Shown piece by piece: positions 15,548 to 24,958 of a DNA stretch of 64,000 bases; position 1 is the stretch's first letter; every line of letters begins with the position of its first letter. The stretch is from an uncultured Candidatus Saccharibacteria bacterium (GTDB lineage Bacteria > Patescibacteriota > Dojkabacteria > SC72). The notes beneath the pieces were generated by a model. That model did no database searches and had not been told where the DNA came from. It saw only the letters and a list, made by a program, of their open reading frames with translations. The stretch spans positions 107,914 to 171,913 of the forward strand of contig CAZEQZ010000001.1 of assembly GCA_964514595.1 (NCBI GenBank). The letters are read 5' to 3'. A program made the translations under genes and the position numbers.

Positions 15548-17563
15548 ATGGATTTAAAAATATCAAAACAGCTAAATAGCACTGTTAAAAGAAATGTCTC
15601 TAATGGGGGGAAGGGGTTTGATGTGGGGTATATGACAAAGAATATTAAGAGATCACTTCTTCAACCTTCGCAGTCTAATTCTGATTTGAGGTGGAATTAT
15701 TTATTAATATTTTTCATTTTTATACTATTCTTTGCGGTATTAATACTGGAATTGTCCTCTTTGCAAGTCGCACATGGGGAAGAAATGCTAATAAAATCGG
15801 AAAATAATCAGATTAAAATAAGAAAAATTCCTGCATATAGGGGAGTTATATTTGATAGAAATGGGAAAAAGCTTGTTGTTAATGAATCATCTATGAACGT
15901 GTATCTGGCATTAGAACACTATCTTGATGAGGATGGATATATAGATACACAGTTAGTGGAGGAATCCAGTGATACCCTTGCGGGTATCCTGGGTGATAAT
16001 TGGAGTAATACAGTAGCAGATGATGAGGAGATTCCTCCATATACCTCAATTTCGGAGAAGATATACTCTTTGCACAAGGAAAGTCCCTATTTTACAGAAA
16101 TATTGATAGCTACGGATATAGATAATGATACTGCAATAAAGATTAAGGCTAGAGCTGAGAGTCTTCCAGGTGTGTATATAGATAGTGGTAATAAGAGGAT
16201 GTATCCAGAGAGGGAAATACTGTCACATATTTTAGGGTATACAGGTACAGTCTCTGCCGAAGATTTAGATGAGTTAGAGTATATTCAACCAACGGATGTT
16301 ATAGGAAGAACAGGTCTTGAGAGGAAATATGACAAGGAGCTTTTAGGTGAGTATGGAGAAATTGCTTGGGAAGTGGATGCCATGGGAAGGACTATTTCAA
16401 AAGAAGGATATATTGTAAAGGAGCCTGTCTCTGGTAAGAATTTGTATCTTTCTTTGGATTTGGAGATGCAAAGGAAGTTGTATGAGATTCTCCAAAATGG
16501 AGTTTCAGAATACGGTGCAGTAGGGGGGGCAGGAATACTTCAAGATCCTAATACGGGGGAAATATTAGCATTAGTCTCTTTTCCTAGCTATGATAACAAC
16601 CTTTTTGTCGGAGGTATATCTGTTGCAGGGTATGGAGAGTTAATAAATGATACTCGAAATCCGCTAATGAATAGGGCAATAGCTGCACAGATGCCCCCAG
16701 GCTCCACATTCAAGACCATAGTTGCTGTGGGGGGATTGGAAGGCAAGGCAATTACAAAGAATACGATATATGTGAGTAGGAGGGGGTATACATTTTCTAG
16801 TGGTGCTCCTTTCCAAGACTATCGCAATATAGCATATGGATCTTTGAATTTGATAGATGCAATAGCGGTTTCTTCAAATATCTACTTCTGTGAATTAATC
16901 AGGAACTGGGATATGAATAAGTTAGTTCCATATTTGGAAAAGTTTGGAATAGGGCGATATACAGGAATAGATATCCCAGGGGAGGCTCCTGGAAGGATGC
17001 CTTCTCCTGCGAATAAGATAGCTCTTGCCAATACCATTAGTCCTTGGCTAGACCCTGTATGGTATCCAGAGGGAGATTCATGTAACTCTGTCATAGGCCA
17101 AGGTATTGCTTTGGTCACACCATTGCAAATGGTTAATTGGGTTTCTGCTATCGCCAATGATGGTACGCTATACACTCCTCACGTGGGAGGGTATTTCCTA
17201 GATGAAGAGAAAGAAAGGACAACATTGGAATATGAACCAATATATACAGAGGTTGCGTCCAAGGAATCCCTTAAGACAGTTAGGGAGGGTATGTGGGCAG
17301 CAGTAAATGGTCCTAGGGCAACAATTAGAACTCTTTCGGGGATGAAGGTGGCCGTTGCAGCTAAAACAGGTACTGCAGAGTTTGGGGCTATAAATAAGGA
17401 TGGGCAGTATGAAAATACTCATGCTTGGGCTACGGGTTTCTTCCCCTATGAAAATCCTAAATACTCTTTCACAATATTTCTCGAGGATGGTGGAGAAAGT
17501 ATTAATGCTGTTAGATTGGCAAGGCAAATGATTGAATGGATGATTGAGAATGAGTTAATCTAG
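15548..17563 (+). CDS. mrdA: Penicillin-binding protein 2 (elongasome transpeptidase).
   Basis: STFKTIVAVGGLE (SxxK), SSN and KTGTA motifs, plus an N-terminal TM. Confidence 0.8.
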   Translation: MDLKISKQLNSTVKRNVSNGGKGFDVGYMTKNIKRSLLQPSQSNSDLRWNYLLIFFIFILFFAVLILELSSLQVAHGEEMLIKSENNQIKIRKIPAYRGVIFDRNGKKLVVNESSMNVYLALEHYLDEDGYIDTQLVEESSDTLAGILGDNWSNTVADDEEIPPYTSISEKIYSLHKESPYFTEILIATDIDNDTAIKIKARAESLPGVYIDSGNKRMYPEREILSHILGYTGTVSAEDLDELEYIQPTDVIGRTGLERKYDKELLGEYGEIAWEVDAMGRTISKEGYIVKEPVSGKNLYLSLDLEMQRKLYEILQNGVSEYGAVGGAGILQDPNTGEILALVSFPSYDNNLFVGGISVAGYGELINDTRNPLMNRAIAAQMPPGSTFKTIVAVGGLEGKAITKNTIYVSRRGYTFSSGAPFQDYRNIAYGSLNLIDAIAVSSNIYFCELIRNWDMNKLVPYLEKFGIGRYTGIDIPGEAPGRMPSPANKIALANTISPWLDPVWYPEGDSCNSVIGQGIALVTPLQMVNWVSAIANDGTLYTPHVGGYFLDEEKERTTLEYEPIYTEVASKESLKTVREGMWAAVNGPRATIRTLSGMKVAVAAKTGTAEFGAINKDGQYENTHAWATGFFPYENPKYSFTIFLEDGGESINAVRLARQMIEWMIENELI

Positions 17564-17592
17564 ATTTAATAATTGCATGCAATAATGATTGT

Positions 17593-18258
17593 ATGCAGTT
17601 TAATTCAGGACAACAAACAGAGGTGGTTTTTGTAGAACTACCTAAACTTCCCAAACAGCTGTACTACGAGGGTAATGTATCTCTATTAGAGAAGAGGTTA
17701 GTTACATTTGTTGGTACAAGAAACATTACGCAGTATGGGAAGTGGTGTATAGAGTATCTGTTACATGATTTTCTTAAGGAATTGGATATCGTAGTAGTGA
17801 GTGGATTGGCTAAGGGAGTCGATGCGTATGTGCATGAGGTGTGCCTTAAAAGGGGAATAAATACAATTGCGATAGTTCCAGGGGGGATTGATACTGCTGT
17901 TCCTAAATGTAATAGGGAACTATTTGAAAACATAAAGAGAAAGGGACTGGTTCTTGCGGAGTTCCCAAAAGATACTTTTCTAAAAAGAGAGATGTTTGTT
18001 TTGCGAAATAGACTACTTGCAGGAATCTCTGAAATGACAATTGTTATAGAGGCCGGATTGGGAAGTGGATCCCTGATCACAGCAGGTTTGGCTTTGGAAT
18101 TTAACAGGGATGTATACGTAATTCCTGGTAATATTAATAACAAAATGTCACACGGTTGTAACATACTTGCTAGGGAGGGGGCTGGTATAATCACATGTTT
18201 AGATGACTTTAAGCAAGTACTGGGAGTTGAGGATGATCAAGTATTGTTTAAGTTGTAG
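17593..18258 (+). CDS. dprA: DNA processing protein DprA/Smf, Rossmann-fold domain only.
   Basis: FVGTRNITQYGKW...VVSGLAKGVDAYVH...VVPGGID...EFP......FV.RNRLLAGIS, the DprA core motifs. Confidence 0.65.
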   Translation: MQFNSGQQTEVVFVELPKLPKQLYYEGNVSLLEKRLVTFVGTRNITQYGKWCIEYLLHDFLKELDIVVVSGLAKGVDAYVHEVCLKRGINTIAIVPGGIDTAVPKCNRELFENIKRKGLVLAEFPKDTFLKREMFVLRNRLLAGISEMTIVIEAGLGSGSLITAGLALEFNRDVYVIPGNINNKMSHGCNILAREGAGIITCLDDFKQVLGVEDDQVLFKL

Positions 18259-18321
18259 TTGAGGTGTATAAGGAAGATGAACAAATTGACAATGTAAACA
18301 TATATACTGTATTTTAAACAG

Positions 18322-20448
18322 ATGGCAAAAACAAATTATAAAAATCTTTTGATAGTAGAGTCACCTTCTAAGGCGAAGACCATAAATAAGTATCTAGGAG
18401 ATGATTTTAAGGTAATGGCAACAGTAGGTCATATAATTGATCTCCCCAAAAGTAATCTAGGAGTAGATGTAGAGAATGGATATGAGCCTCAGTTAGAAAC
18501 GATATATGGGAAAGGAAAGATTATTAAAGAATTAAAGAAAGCAGTCCCAAAAGATGGAAATGTATATTTAGCAATGGATCCAGATAGGGAGGGGGAGGCA
18601 ATAGCATACCATGTAATGGATTCTTTGGGATTAAAAAATGCTAAGAGAGTGACATTTCATGAGATAACAGCAGATGCCGTAAATGAGGCGGTAGGTAAGC
18701 CAGGTAATATAAATATTGATTTAGTAGAGGCTCAGAAGGCAAGAAGAGTATTAGATAGGTTGGTAGGGTATAAGCTCTCCGAATTAATATGGAAGAAGAT
18801 ATGGTACGGTCTTTCTGCTGGAAGAGTTCAATCAGTTGCATTGAGATTGGTAGTAGAAAAAGAAGAGGAGAGGGAGGCATTTAATTCAGAAGAGTATTGG
18901 GAGGTATCTGTAAAGCTAAAAGATGGGAAAGAAAATATTTTGATAGCTAAATTAGCTAAAAAAGATGGAAAGAAGTATGTACCAAAGAGTAAGGAAGAGG
19001 TAGAGAAATTTGAAAAAGAGATAGGGGAGAGTAAATTTTGGGTTAAAGATGTTACTAAAAGGAATGTTAGTAAGCATGCTTATCCTCCTTTCACAACATC
19101 TAAACTACAGCAAGTTGCAAATAATGCTTTGGGATACACTTCTAAAAGGACTATGAATGTAGCACAAACCCTATATCAAGCCGGATACATTACATATATG
19201 AGAACAGATTCAGTGTATCTAAGTGACAAGGCGATTGGAGAGATTAGAAAGTTGGTTATAGGGAAATATGGGGAAAAGTATTTACCAGAGAAGCCCAATT
19301 ATTACAAAAATAGATCTAAAAATGCACAAGAAGCGCATGAGGCTATAAGGCCAACAGACTTTAATCTCGATTTTTCTAAAATAGAGAAAGAGCATGGAAG
19401 ATCTGCATCCAAATTGTATGAATTAATATGGAGAAGGGCAGTTGCAAGTCAAATGAGTAGTAAAGAAGTAGAGGTATTAAATGTTTCTTTGGTTCCAAAG
19501 GATATCAAAAATCCTGAATATATATTTACAATGGGTGGTGAAAAAACAATATTTGATGGCTTTAGGAAGGTTTTGGGGATCAAGAAGGGGGATGATGATT
19601 TACAAGAGATAGAGCAAATCAAAAAGGGAGATGAATTAGAGAAGGTAGAATTTGTAAATGATCAGAAATTTACACAACCTCCTGCTAGATACACAGAGGC
19701 ATCTTTGATAAAGAAATTAGAAGCATTGGGTATAGGTAGGCCTTCCACATACGCTTCCATAATATCAACAATACAGGGTAGGGGGTATGTAGAAATGGAG
19801 GCTAGAGCGATACTTCCAACGGATGTCGGTAGAGTTGTTACAAATTTCTTAAGGGATAATTTCAAGAGGTTAGTTGATTATGAGTATACTGCCAAAGTAG
19901 AGGACGAGTTAGATGATATAGCTTTGGGCAAGAAAAAATATATACCGGTAATAGATGATGAATATAAGCCATTAATGGATAGTATAGGGGTGGCAGATAA
20001 AAACGTTAAAAAAGATGATGTCGTGATATTGGGGAAGTCTGATGAAAAATGTCCTGAGTGTAAGGGGGAGATGGTTGTTAGGGTTGGTAGGTATGGCAAA
20101 TTTTTAAGTTGTGCTAAATTCCCAGAGTGTAAAGGTATGAAGGATTTGAGTGGAGGAGAAGAGGAATTAGATAAGGAGAAGTATTTTAAGCCTAAGGAAT
20201 GTCCTGAGTGTAAGAGTAATATGGTTTTAAAGAATGGAAAGTATGGTAAATTTTGGGCTTGCGAGAAATATCCTGAGTGTAAGGGTATTGTTTCTTTACT
20301 TCTGAATGAAAAATGTCCTGAGTGTGGTCACCATTTAGTGGAGAGAAGGGGAAAATGGGGAAGATCCTTCACAGGATGTAGCAATTATCCTAATTGTAAA
20401 TACATTAAGAAGGCTAAGAGTAAGCGTAAGAAAAAATCGAGAAGTTAA
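18322..20448 (+). CDS. topA: DNA topoisomerase I with four C-terminal Cys4 zinc ribbons.
   Basis: LLIVESPSKAKTINKYLG Toprim, active-site region (YITYMRTDS), and CPECKG repeats at the C-terminus. Confidence 0.9.
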   Translation: MAKTNYKNLLIVESPSKAKTINKYLGDDFKVMATVGHIIDLPKSNLGVDVENGYEPQLETIYGKGKIIKELKKAVPKDGNVYLAMDPDREGEAIAYHVMDSLGLKNAKRVTFHEITADAVNEAVGKPGNINIDLVEAQKARRVLDRLVGYKLSELIWKKIWYGLSAGRVQSVALRLVVEKEEEREAFNSEEYWEVSVKLKDGKENILIAKLAKKDGKKYVPKSKEEVEKFEKEIGESKFWVKDVTKRNVSKHAYPPFTTSKLQQVANNALGYTSKRTMNVAQTLYQAGYITYMRTDSVYLSDKAIGEIRKLVIGKYGEKYLPEKPNYYKNRSKNAQEAHEAIRPTDFNLDFSKIEKEHGRSASKLYELIWRRAVASQMSSKEVEVLNVSLVPKDIKNPEYIFTMGGEKTIFDGFRKVLGIKKGDDDLQEIEQIKKGDELEKVEFVNDQKFTQPPARYTEASLIKKLEALGIGRPSTYASIISTIQGRGYVEMEARAILPTDVGRVVTNFLRDNFKRLVDYEYTAKVEDELDDIALGKKKYIPVIDDEYKPLMDSIGVADKNVKKDDVVILGKSDEKCPECKGEMVVRVGRYGKFLSCAKFPECKGMKDLSGGEEELDKEKYFKPKECPECKSNMVLKNGKYGKFWACEKYPECKGIVSLLLNEKCPECGHHLVERRGKWGRSFTGCSNYPNCKYIKKAKSKRKKKSRS

Positions 20449-20482
20449 TCTTTTTTTAATAACTGTCTGATACGATAGTTAT

Positions 20483-21118
20483 ATGCTTCCAAGAGAGAAA
20501 TATTTAGAAAAGGGTATAGATAATCTTAGTGATATGGACTTAATAGCTATATTAGTTGAAAGTGGTATTAAGGGAAAGGACTTTTTAAGTGTTTCTAGAG
20601 GAGTAATTAGCAAGATTAGAAGAGTGTTAAATAAGGGAAGAGAGATTACCATTTCCGATATTACAGAGGTTGATGGGATAGGGATAGTTACGGCTATGCG
20701 AATATTGTGTGGGATTGAGTTGGGACGGAGATTATATGATTTGTCTTGTAAGGAAAGGAGTTTTGTCAGGAATTCGCAAGAGGCATATGTGATTTTGAGA
20801 GATGTGGGGAAAAAGAAACAGGAGCATATAGTTGCGTTATTTCTTAATAGTAGATTTGAAGTACTGGATAGGAGGGTAATATGTATTGGAAGCTTGGATG
20901 GGGTGGGGGTTTTGCCTAGGGATATAATAATTCCAGCTTTAGAGTTAAATGCTAGTAGTGTGGTATTGGCACATAATCATCCATCAGGAGATGCGACTCC
21001 TAGCTTAGAAGATATAGAGATCACAAAGAGGATTAAGGAAGGTTTGGATTTGGTTGGGTTAAATCTTTTAGACCATATTGTAATAGGGAAAGATGAGTGG
21101 AAGAGGGTGGAGGTGTGA
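20483..21118 (+). CDS. radC: RadC-like JAB/MPN domain protein.
   Basis: HNHPSGDATPSLEDIEITKRI JAMM motif and an N-terminal HhH region. Confidence 0.75.
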   Translation: MLPREKYLEKGIDNLSDMDLIAILVESGIKGKDFLSVSRGVISKIRRVLNKGREITISDITEVDGIGIVTAMRILCGIELGRRLYDLSCKERSFVRNSQEAYVILRDVGKKKQEHIVALFLNSRFEVLDRRVICIGSLDGVGVLPRDIIIPALELNASSVVLAHNHPSGDATPSLEDIEITKRIKEGLDLVGLNLLDHIVIGKDEWKRVEV

Positions 21119-21218
21119 ATAGGATTCGCAATACCCATAGTGTGTTAAAAAGTATATATAAATGCAGTATAGTATTTATATCACCAGGTGTTTTTGTGCA
21201 AACCGGACGTAGGTTGGC

Positions 21219-21247
21219 TTGTCAACAGAAGGATTTGTTTGTATAAT
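21219..21247 (+). promoter_or_regulatory. Sigma70-like promoter TTGTCA-N17-TATAAT for rpsB-tsf.
   Basis: ttgtca 21219-21224, a 17-nt spacer, tataat 21242-21247, about 85 nt upstream of the rpsB ATG. Confidence 0.45.
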
Positions 21248-21268
21248 CCTACAGTTATTTAATCTCAT

Positions 21269-21309
21269 ATATCTTTGTTCCTATCCTGGACATAGTCCAA
21301 CAAAGATAT
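21269..21309 (+). promoter_or_regulatory. rpsB 5'-leader hairpin: a perfect 11-bp inverted repeat with a 19-nt loop.
   Basis: atatctttgtt (21269-21279) and aacaaagatat (21299-21309), between the predicted promoter and the RBS AGGAAAGGAAA. Confidence 0.3.
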
Positions 21310-21330
21310 TAAAAAAGGAAAGGAAATATT

Positions 21331-22461
21331 ATGACAGAGGTCAAAAAAGAAGTCTTAAAGAAAACAGAGACTAAAAACAAGAGTTTTCAAGTACCAGAGC
21401 TCATAGATCTACTTAAGGCGGGGTGTCATTTTGGGCATAAAAAGAGTGCCTGGAATCCTCGTATGAAGAAGTACATATATGAGGAGAGGAATGGAATCCA
21501 TATTATAGATTTGGTTAAAACAAGGGAGATATTGGAAGGTACTCTTGCTGAGTTAAGTAAATTCGCTGAAAAGGGGAATGTTTTAATAGTTGGTACAAAG
21601 GGACAAGCAGCTTCTATTGTTCAGAAGGTTGCAGAAGAAAAGGGTATGTTCTATATAAATAAGAGGTGGATGGGTGGTTTGTTTACTAACTTTGATGCTA
21701 TAAAAAAGAGTGTACAGGGATTGGTTAGGATGGAGGAGCAATTAGCAGGAGGTTTAGAAGGTTTGGTTAAAAAAGAGAGACTTCTACTCCAAAGAGATGT
21801 TGAAAGATTAAACAAGATATATAGTGGAATTAAATTCATGGATAAGCTCCCTGAAGTAGTTGTGGTTGTAGATAGTAAGGTAGAGAAAAATGCTATTAAA
21901 GAGGCTAGGGTTGCCGGAATTCCAATTGTTGCTTTGATAGATACTAATTGTAATCCTGATCTCATAGATTTTCCCATACCAGCAAATGATGATTCTATAA
22001 AAAGTATTTCATTGTTCGTAAATCTATTTGGAGATGTAGTGGGTGAATCAAAGAACTCCCTATCTCTAATATCTTTGAGAAGGGATCATGAGGCTAAATT
22101 AGAAAAAATAAATAGAGAGTATCTAGAGGAAAGAGAGAGAAGGGAGAAGATGGAAGAGCAGGAGAGAGAAAGGATGAAAGCATTGAGGGAAGGGAAGGTT
22201 AAGGCTGACACTACAGGATCTGTGGTGAGGGTTGTGAAAAAGGAGAAGGATATAGATGCAGAAATAAAGGCTGCTGAAGAAGAGAAAGAGAAATCCGTAA
22301 AGATAGAGGAGTTAGGATTAGGTAGTAGGATTGAGAAATCACTGAAAGATGCTAAGATTAAAACAGTAAGTCAACTTAAAGGGAAGAGCGAGCAAGAACT
22401 TTTAGAGATAAAAGGTATAGGGGAGAAAGCTGTTAAGGATATACTTAAAGCAATTAAATAA
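21331..22461 (+). CDS. rpsB: 30S ribosomal protein S2 with a ~120-aa KE-rich, HhH-like C-terminal extension.
   Basis: LLKAGCHFGHKKSAWNPRMKKYIY S2 core. The tail EEREREKMEEQERERMK ... IEELGLGSRIEKSLKDAKIKTVSQLKGKSEQELLEIKGIGEKAVKDILKAIK lies beyond the S2 core (bacterial S2 is typically ~240-260 aa). Confidence 0.9.
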   Translation: MTEVKKEVLKKTETKNKSFQVPELIDLLKAGCHFGHKKSAWNPRMKKYIYEERNGIHIIDLVKTREILEGTLAELSKFAEKGNVLIVGTKGQAASIVQKVAEEKGMFYINKRWMGGLFTNFDAIKKSVQGLVRMEEQLAGGLEGLVKKERLLLQRDVERLNKIYSGIKFMDKLPEVVVVVDSKVEKNAIKEARVAGIPIVALIDTNCNPDLIDFPIPANDDSIKSISLFVNLFGDVVGESKNSLSLISLRRDHEAKLEKINREYLEERERREKMEEQERERMKALREGKVKADTTGSVVRVVKKEKDIDAEIKAAEEEKEKSVKIEELGLGSRIEKSLKDAKIKTVSQLKGKSEQELLEIKGIGEKAVKDILKAIK

Positions 22462-22478
22462 TTTTTAATTTGCGAATT

Positions 22479-23189
22479 ATGGCAGTTACTGTCGAGGATA
22501 TAAAAACATTAAGGGCAAAGACATCCGCTGGAATGGCGCTTTGTAAAGAGGCGTTAACAAAATCTGATGGAGACATGAAGAAGGCAGTTGAGTATATTAA
22601 TAAGAGAAGTGATGTGATAAGTAGGTTAAGGAATTTAACAGGTGCTAAGATAGGATTGTGTAAATTGGCTTTTGAAGAAGCTGAGAAAGATTTTGAGAAA
22701 GCAGTTGAATTAATAAAGGAAAGAGGTTGGGATGAGCCTATAGGGGAAGGTTTAGAGGAGAAGAGGGAGGGAATTATTGAATCATATGTTCATGGAAAGG
22801 ATCAAAGATTAGCTGCTTTAGTAGAGGTGCATTGTAAGACAGATTTTGTGGCTAGAAATGAAGATTTTAAAAAATTCGCTCATGAGGTTGTTCTTCAGGT
22901 TGCAGCCATGAAGCCAGAGTATGTGTCCAAAGAGAGTATAACTGATGAGAAAACGGATAGTTTAAGAGAACTATTTACTAAAGAAGCAAAGAGTGAGGGC
23001 AAGCCAGATAATATAGTAGAGAAGATAGTAGAAGGGAAGTTAAATAAATACTACGAAGAGAAATGTTTGCTTGAGCAGAAGTGGTTTAAAGATGATTCTA
23101 AGAGTATGGGAAATCTTCTGGATGATGCAATACAGAAAATGGGTGAGCCTATAGAGATTAAGAGATTTCTCGTTTGGGAATTGAAATAA
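22479..23189 (+). CDS. tsf: Elongation factor Ts.
   Basis: MAVTVEDIKTLRAKTSAGMALCKEAL UBA-like N-terminus. Confidence 0.85.
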   Translation: MAVTVEDIKTLRAKTSAGMALCKEALTKSDGDMKKAVEYINKRSDVISRLRNLTGAKIGLCKLAFEEAEKDFEKAVELIKERGWDEPIGEGLEEKREGIIESYVHGKDQRLAALVEVHCKTDFVARNEDFKKFAHEVVLQVAAMKPEYVSKESITDEKTDSLRELFTKEAKSEGKPDNIVEKIVEGKLNKYYEEKCLLEQKWFKDDSKSMGNLLDDAIQKMGEPIEIKRFLVWELK

Positions 23190-23262
23190 CAAGGCAGCTT
23201 CTCCCTTTATCTTTCCTCCTAATTAATATACAATTATCCTATTAAAATATTAATATTTTGGT

Positions 23263-23808
23263 ATGGATATAGAATCATTTAAAACAGATATAGGGAAGTG
23301 TTTGGATCATATAAAGGAGGATCTATCACAGATAAGGACAGGAAGGGCAACTCCCGAATTAGTTGAAGAGGTGCTAATTAATGCGTATGAGACTACCTCT
23401 CCACTAAAGAATTTAGCAACAATTAGTGCAGTTGATGCTAAAACAATTAATATTCAACCATGGGATAAGACAATACTAGAAAGTATCGCGAAAGGAATCA
23501 GTAGTGCCAATTTGGGATTTTCTCCAATAACTGAGGGTGATAGGGTATTGGTTAAGATACCTGATTTAACTGAGGAAAGAAGATTAGAATATGTCAAAGT
23601 GATGAAGGAGAGAATAGAGGATGGAAGGGTAGCAGTAAGGCAGGTAAGGCAGAGGTATATGAAAGAGATAGATGAAGCACAGAGGGGAGGTTTTTCAGAG
23701 GATGAGGCTGATAGGTTAAGGGATGAGATAGAGAAGGTTGTAAAGGAAGCAAATCAACAAATAGAGGATATAAGGAACGCTAAAGAGGAAGAGCTACTAA
23801 CTATTTAA
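23263..23808 (+). CDS. frr: Ribosome recycling factor.
   Basis: 181 aa, with ATISAVDAKTINIQPWDK... and VRQVRQRYMKEI. Confidence 0.85.
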   Translation: MDIESFKTDIGKCLDHIKEDLSQIRTGRATPELVEEVLINAYETTSPLKNLATISAVDAKTINIQPWDKTILESIAKGISSANLGFSPITEGDRVLVKIPDLTEERRLEYVKVMKERIEDGRVAVRQVRQRYMKEIDEAQRGGFSEDEADRLRDEIEKVVKEANQQIEDIRNAKEEELLTI

Positions 23809-23824
23809 CTTTTGCTTTCAATAT

Positions 23825-24958
23825 ATGCTTTCAATCTTAGTAAACATTTTGCTTTTCATACTAGTTATAGGCTTTTTAACTTTTATCCATGAGTTAGGTC
23901 ATTTTTTATCTGCAAAATTGGTTAAAGCTAAGGTATATGAGTTTTCTTTAGGTTTTGGTCCTAAACTACTATCCAAGAAATACAAAGGAACACTGTATTG
24001 TATTAGGATAATACCTCTTGGAGGGTTTGTTAAGATACTGGGGGATGGTGATCCGGGAGAATATGAAAAGGGAAAGGATCTTAATAAAAGTGAATATAAT
24101 CTAAATAATAAACCTAAGGTAGTCCAGATGTTTGTTATGTTAGCTGGTGTGTTTATGAATATTATTTTTGCAATACTCTTCTACTACATAATATTAGGTT
24201 TAAGTAGTTGGAAAACGTCCCCTATATATATAAATATGGAAGGAATAGATATTGTTGGAGTAGAGGTGAGGAAGGTTGTGGGCTATGAGGTAGCTCCGGA
24301 GAGTAATGCAGAGATAGCAGGGCTTCCTCAGTATGGAATAATAAGTGAGGTAGATGGAGAGAGAGTTACTGACAGAGATGGGTTAATAAATAGTCTAAAA
24401 GCGAAGGAAAGGGTTGATGTTTTGGTATGCAATGATTCTTTGGAAGGATGTTCTAACTATGACGTAGAGGTCGATGAGGAAGGTAAAATAGGTATATTTG
24501 TATCCCATGGATATATCTTGGATTACGAGAATGTTAAGCTATCTGCCGGAGGCGTATACTTGATAAATAATCTTAAGATTATTTCCAGAGTTCTAGGATC
24601 TATGATAGGTACTGCGAGAGAGACTGGAGATTACTCAGAACTTTCAAATACAGTATCTGGCCCTATAGGTATATTTCTTTTGATTGATAATTTAAAGAGT
24701 AGGGGTATAGTTGTATTCCTTTCTTTAATAGCAGATTTATCTATATCTTTAGCAATTATGAACCTTCTTCCTGTTCCTGCTTTGGATGGGGGAAGAGTTT
24801 TAATATTACTAATAGAGGGGATGTTCAGGAAGGATCTAGATGAAAGAATAGAGGCGATCATAATCAATATTAGCATGGCATTTTTAATAATCTTGATAAT
24901 TCTAATTATGATAAAGGATGTCGTGAATATAGATAATATGAGAAATATGTTTGGCTAA
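23825..24958 (+). CDS. rseP: RseP-like site-2 protease (M50) with a PDZ domain.
   Basis: HELGHFLSAKL HExxH, PDZ-like middle region, and C-terminal LDGGRV motif. Confidence 0.75.
   Translation: MLSILVNILLFILVIGFLTFIHELGHFLSAKLVKAKVYEFSLGFGPKLLSKKYKGTLYCIRIIPLGGFVKILGDGDPGEYEKGKDLNKSEYNLNNKPKVVQMFVMLAGVFMNIIFAILFYYIILGLSSWKTSPIYINMEGIDIVGVEVRKVVGYEVAPESNAEIAGLPQYGIISEVDGERVTDRDGLINSLKAKERVDVLVCNDSLEGCSNYDVEVDEEGKIGIFVSHGYILDYENVKLSAGGVYLINNLKIISRVLGSMIGTARETGDYSELSNTVSGPIGIFLLIDNLKSRGIVVFLSLIADLSISLAIMNLLPVPALDGGRVLILLIEGMFRKDLDERIEAIIINISMAFLIILIILIMIKDVVNIDNMRNMFG

Noticed and set aside
17664-18194. 176-aa minus-strand ORF.
   Set aside because: It is antisense to dprA, which has clear DprA motifs.
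20449-20482. Terminator after topA (taactgtc...gatagtta).
   Set aside because: It is an imperfect 8-bp palindrome with a mismatch and no T-tract; too weak to call.
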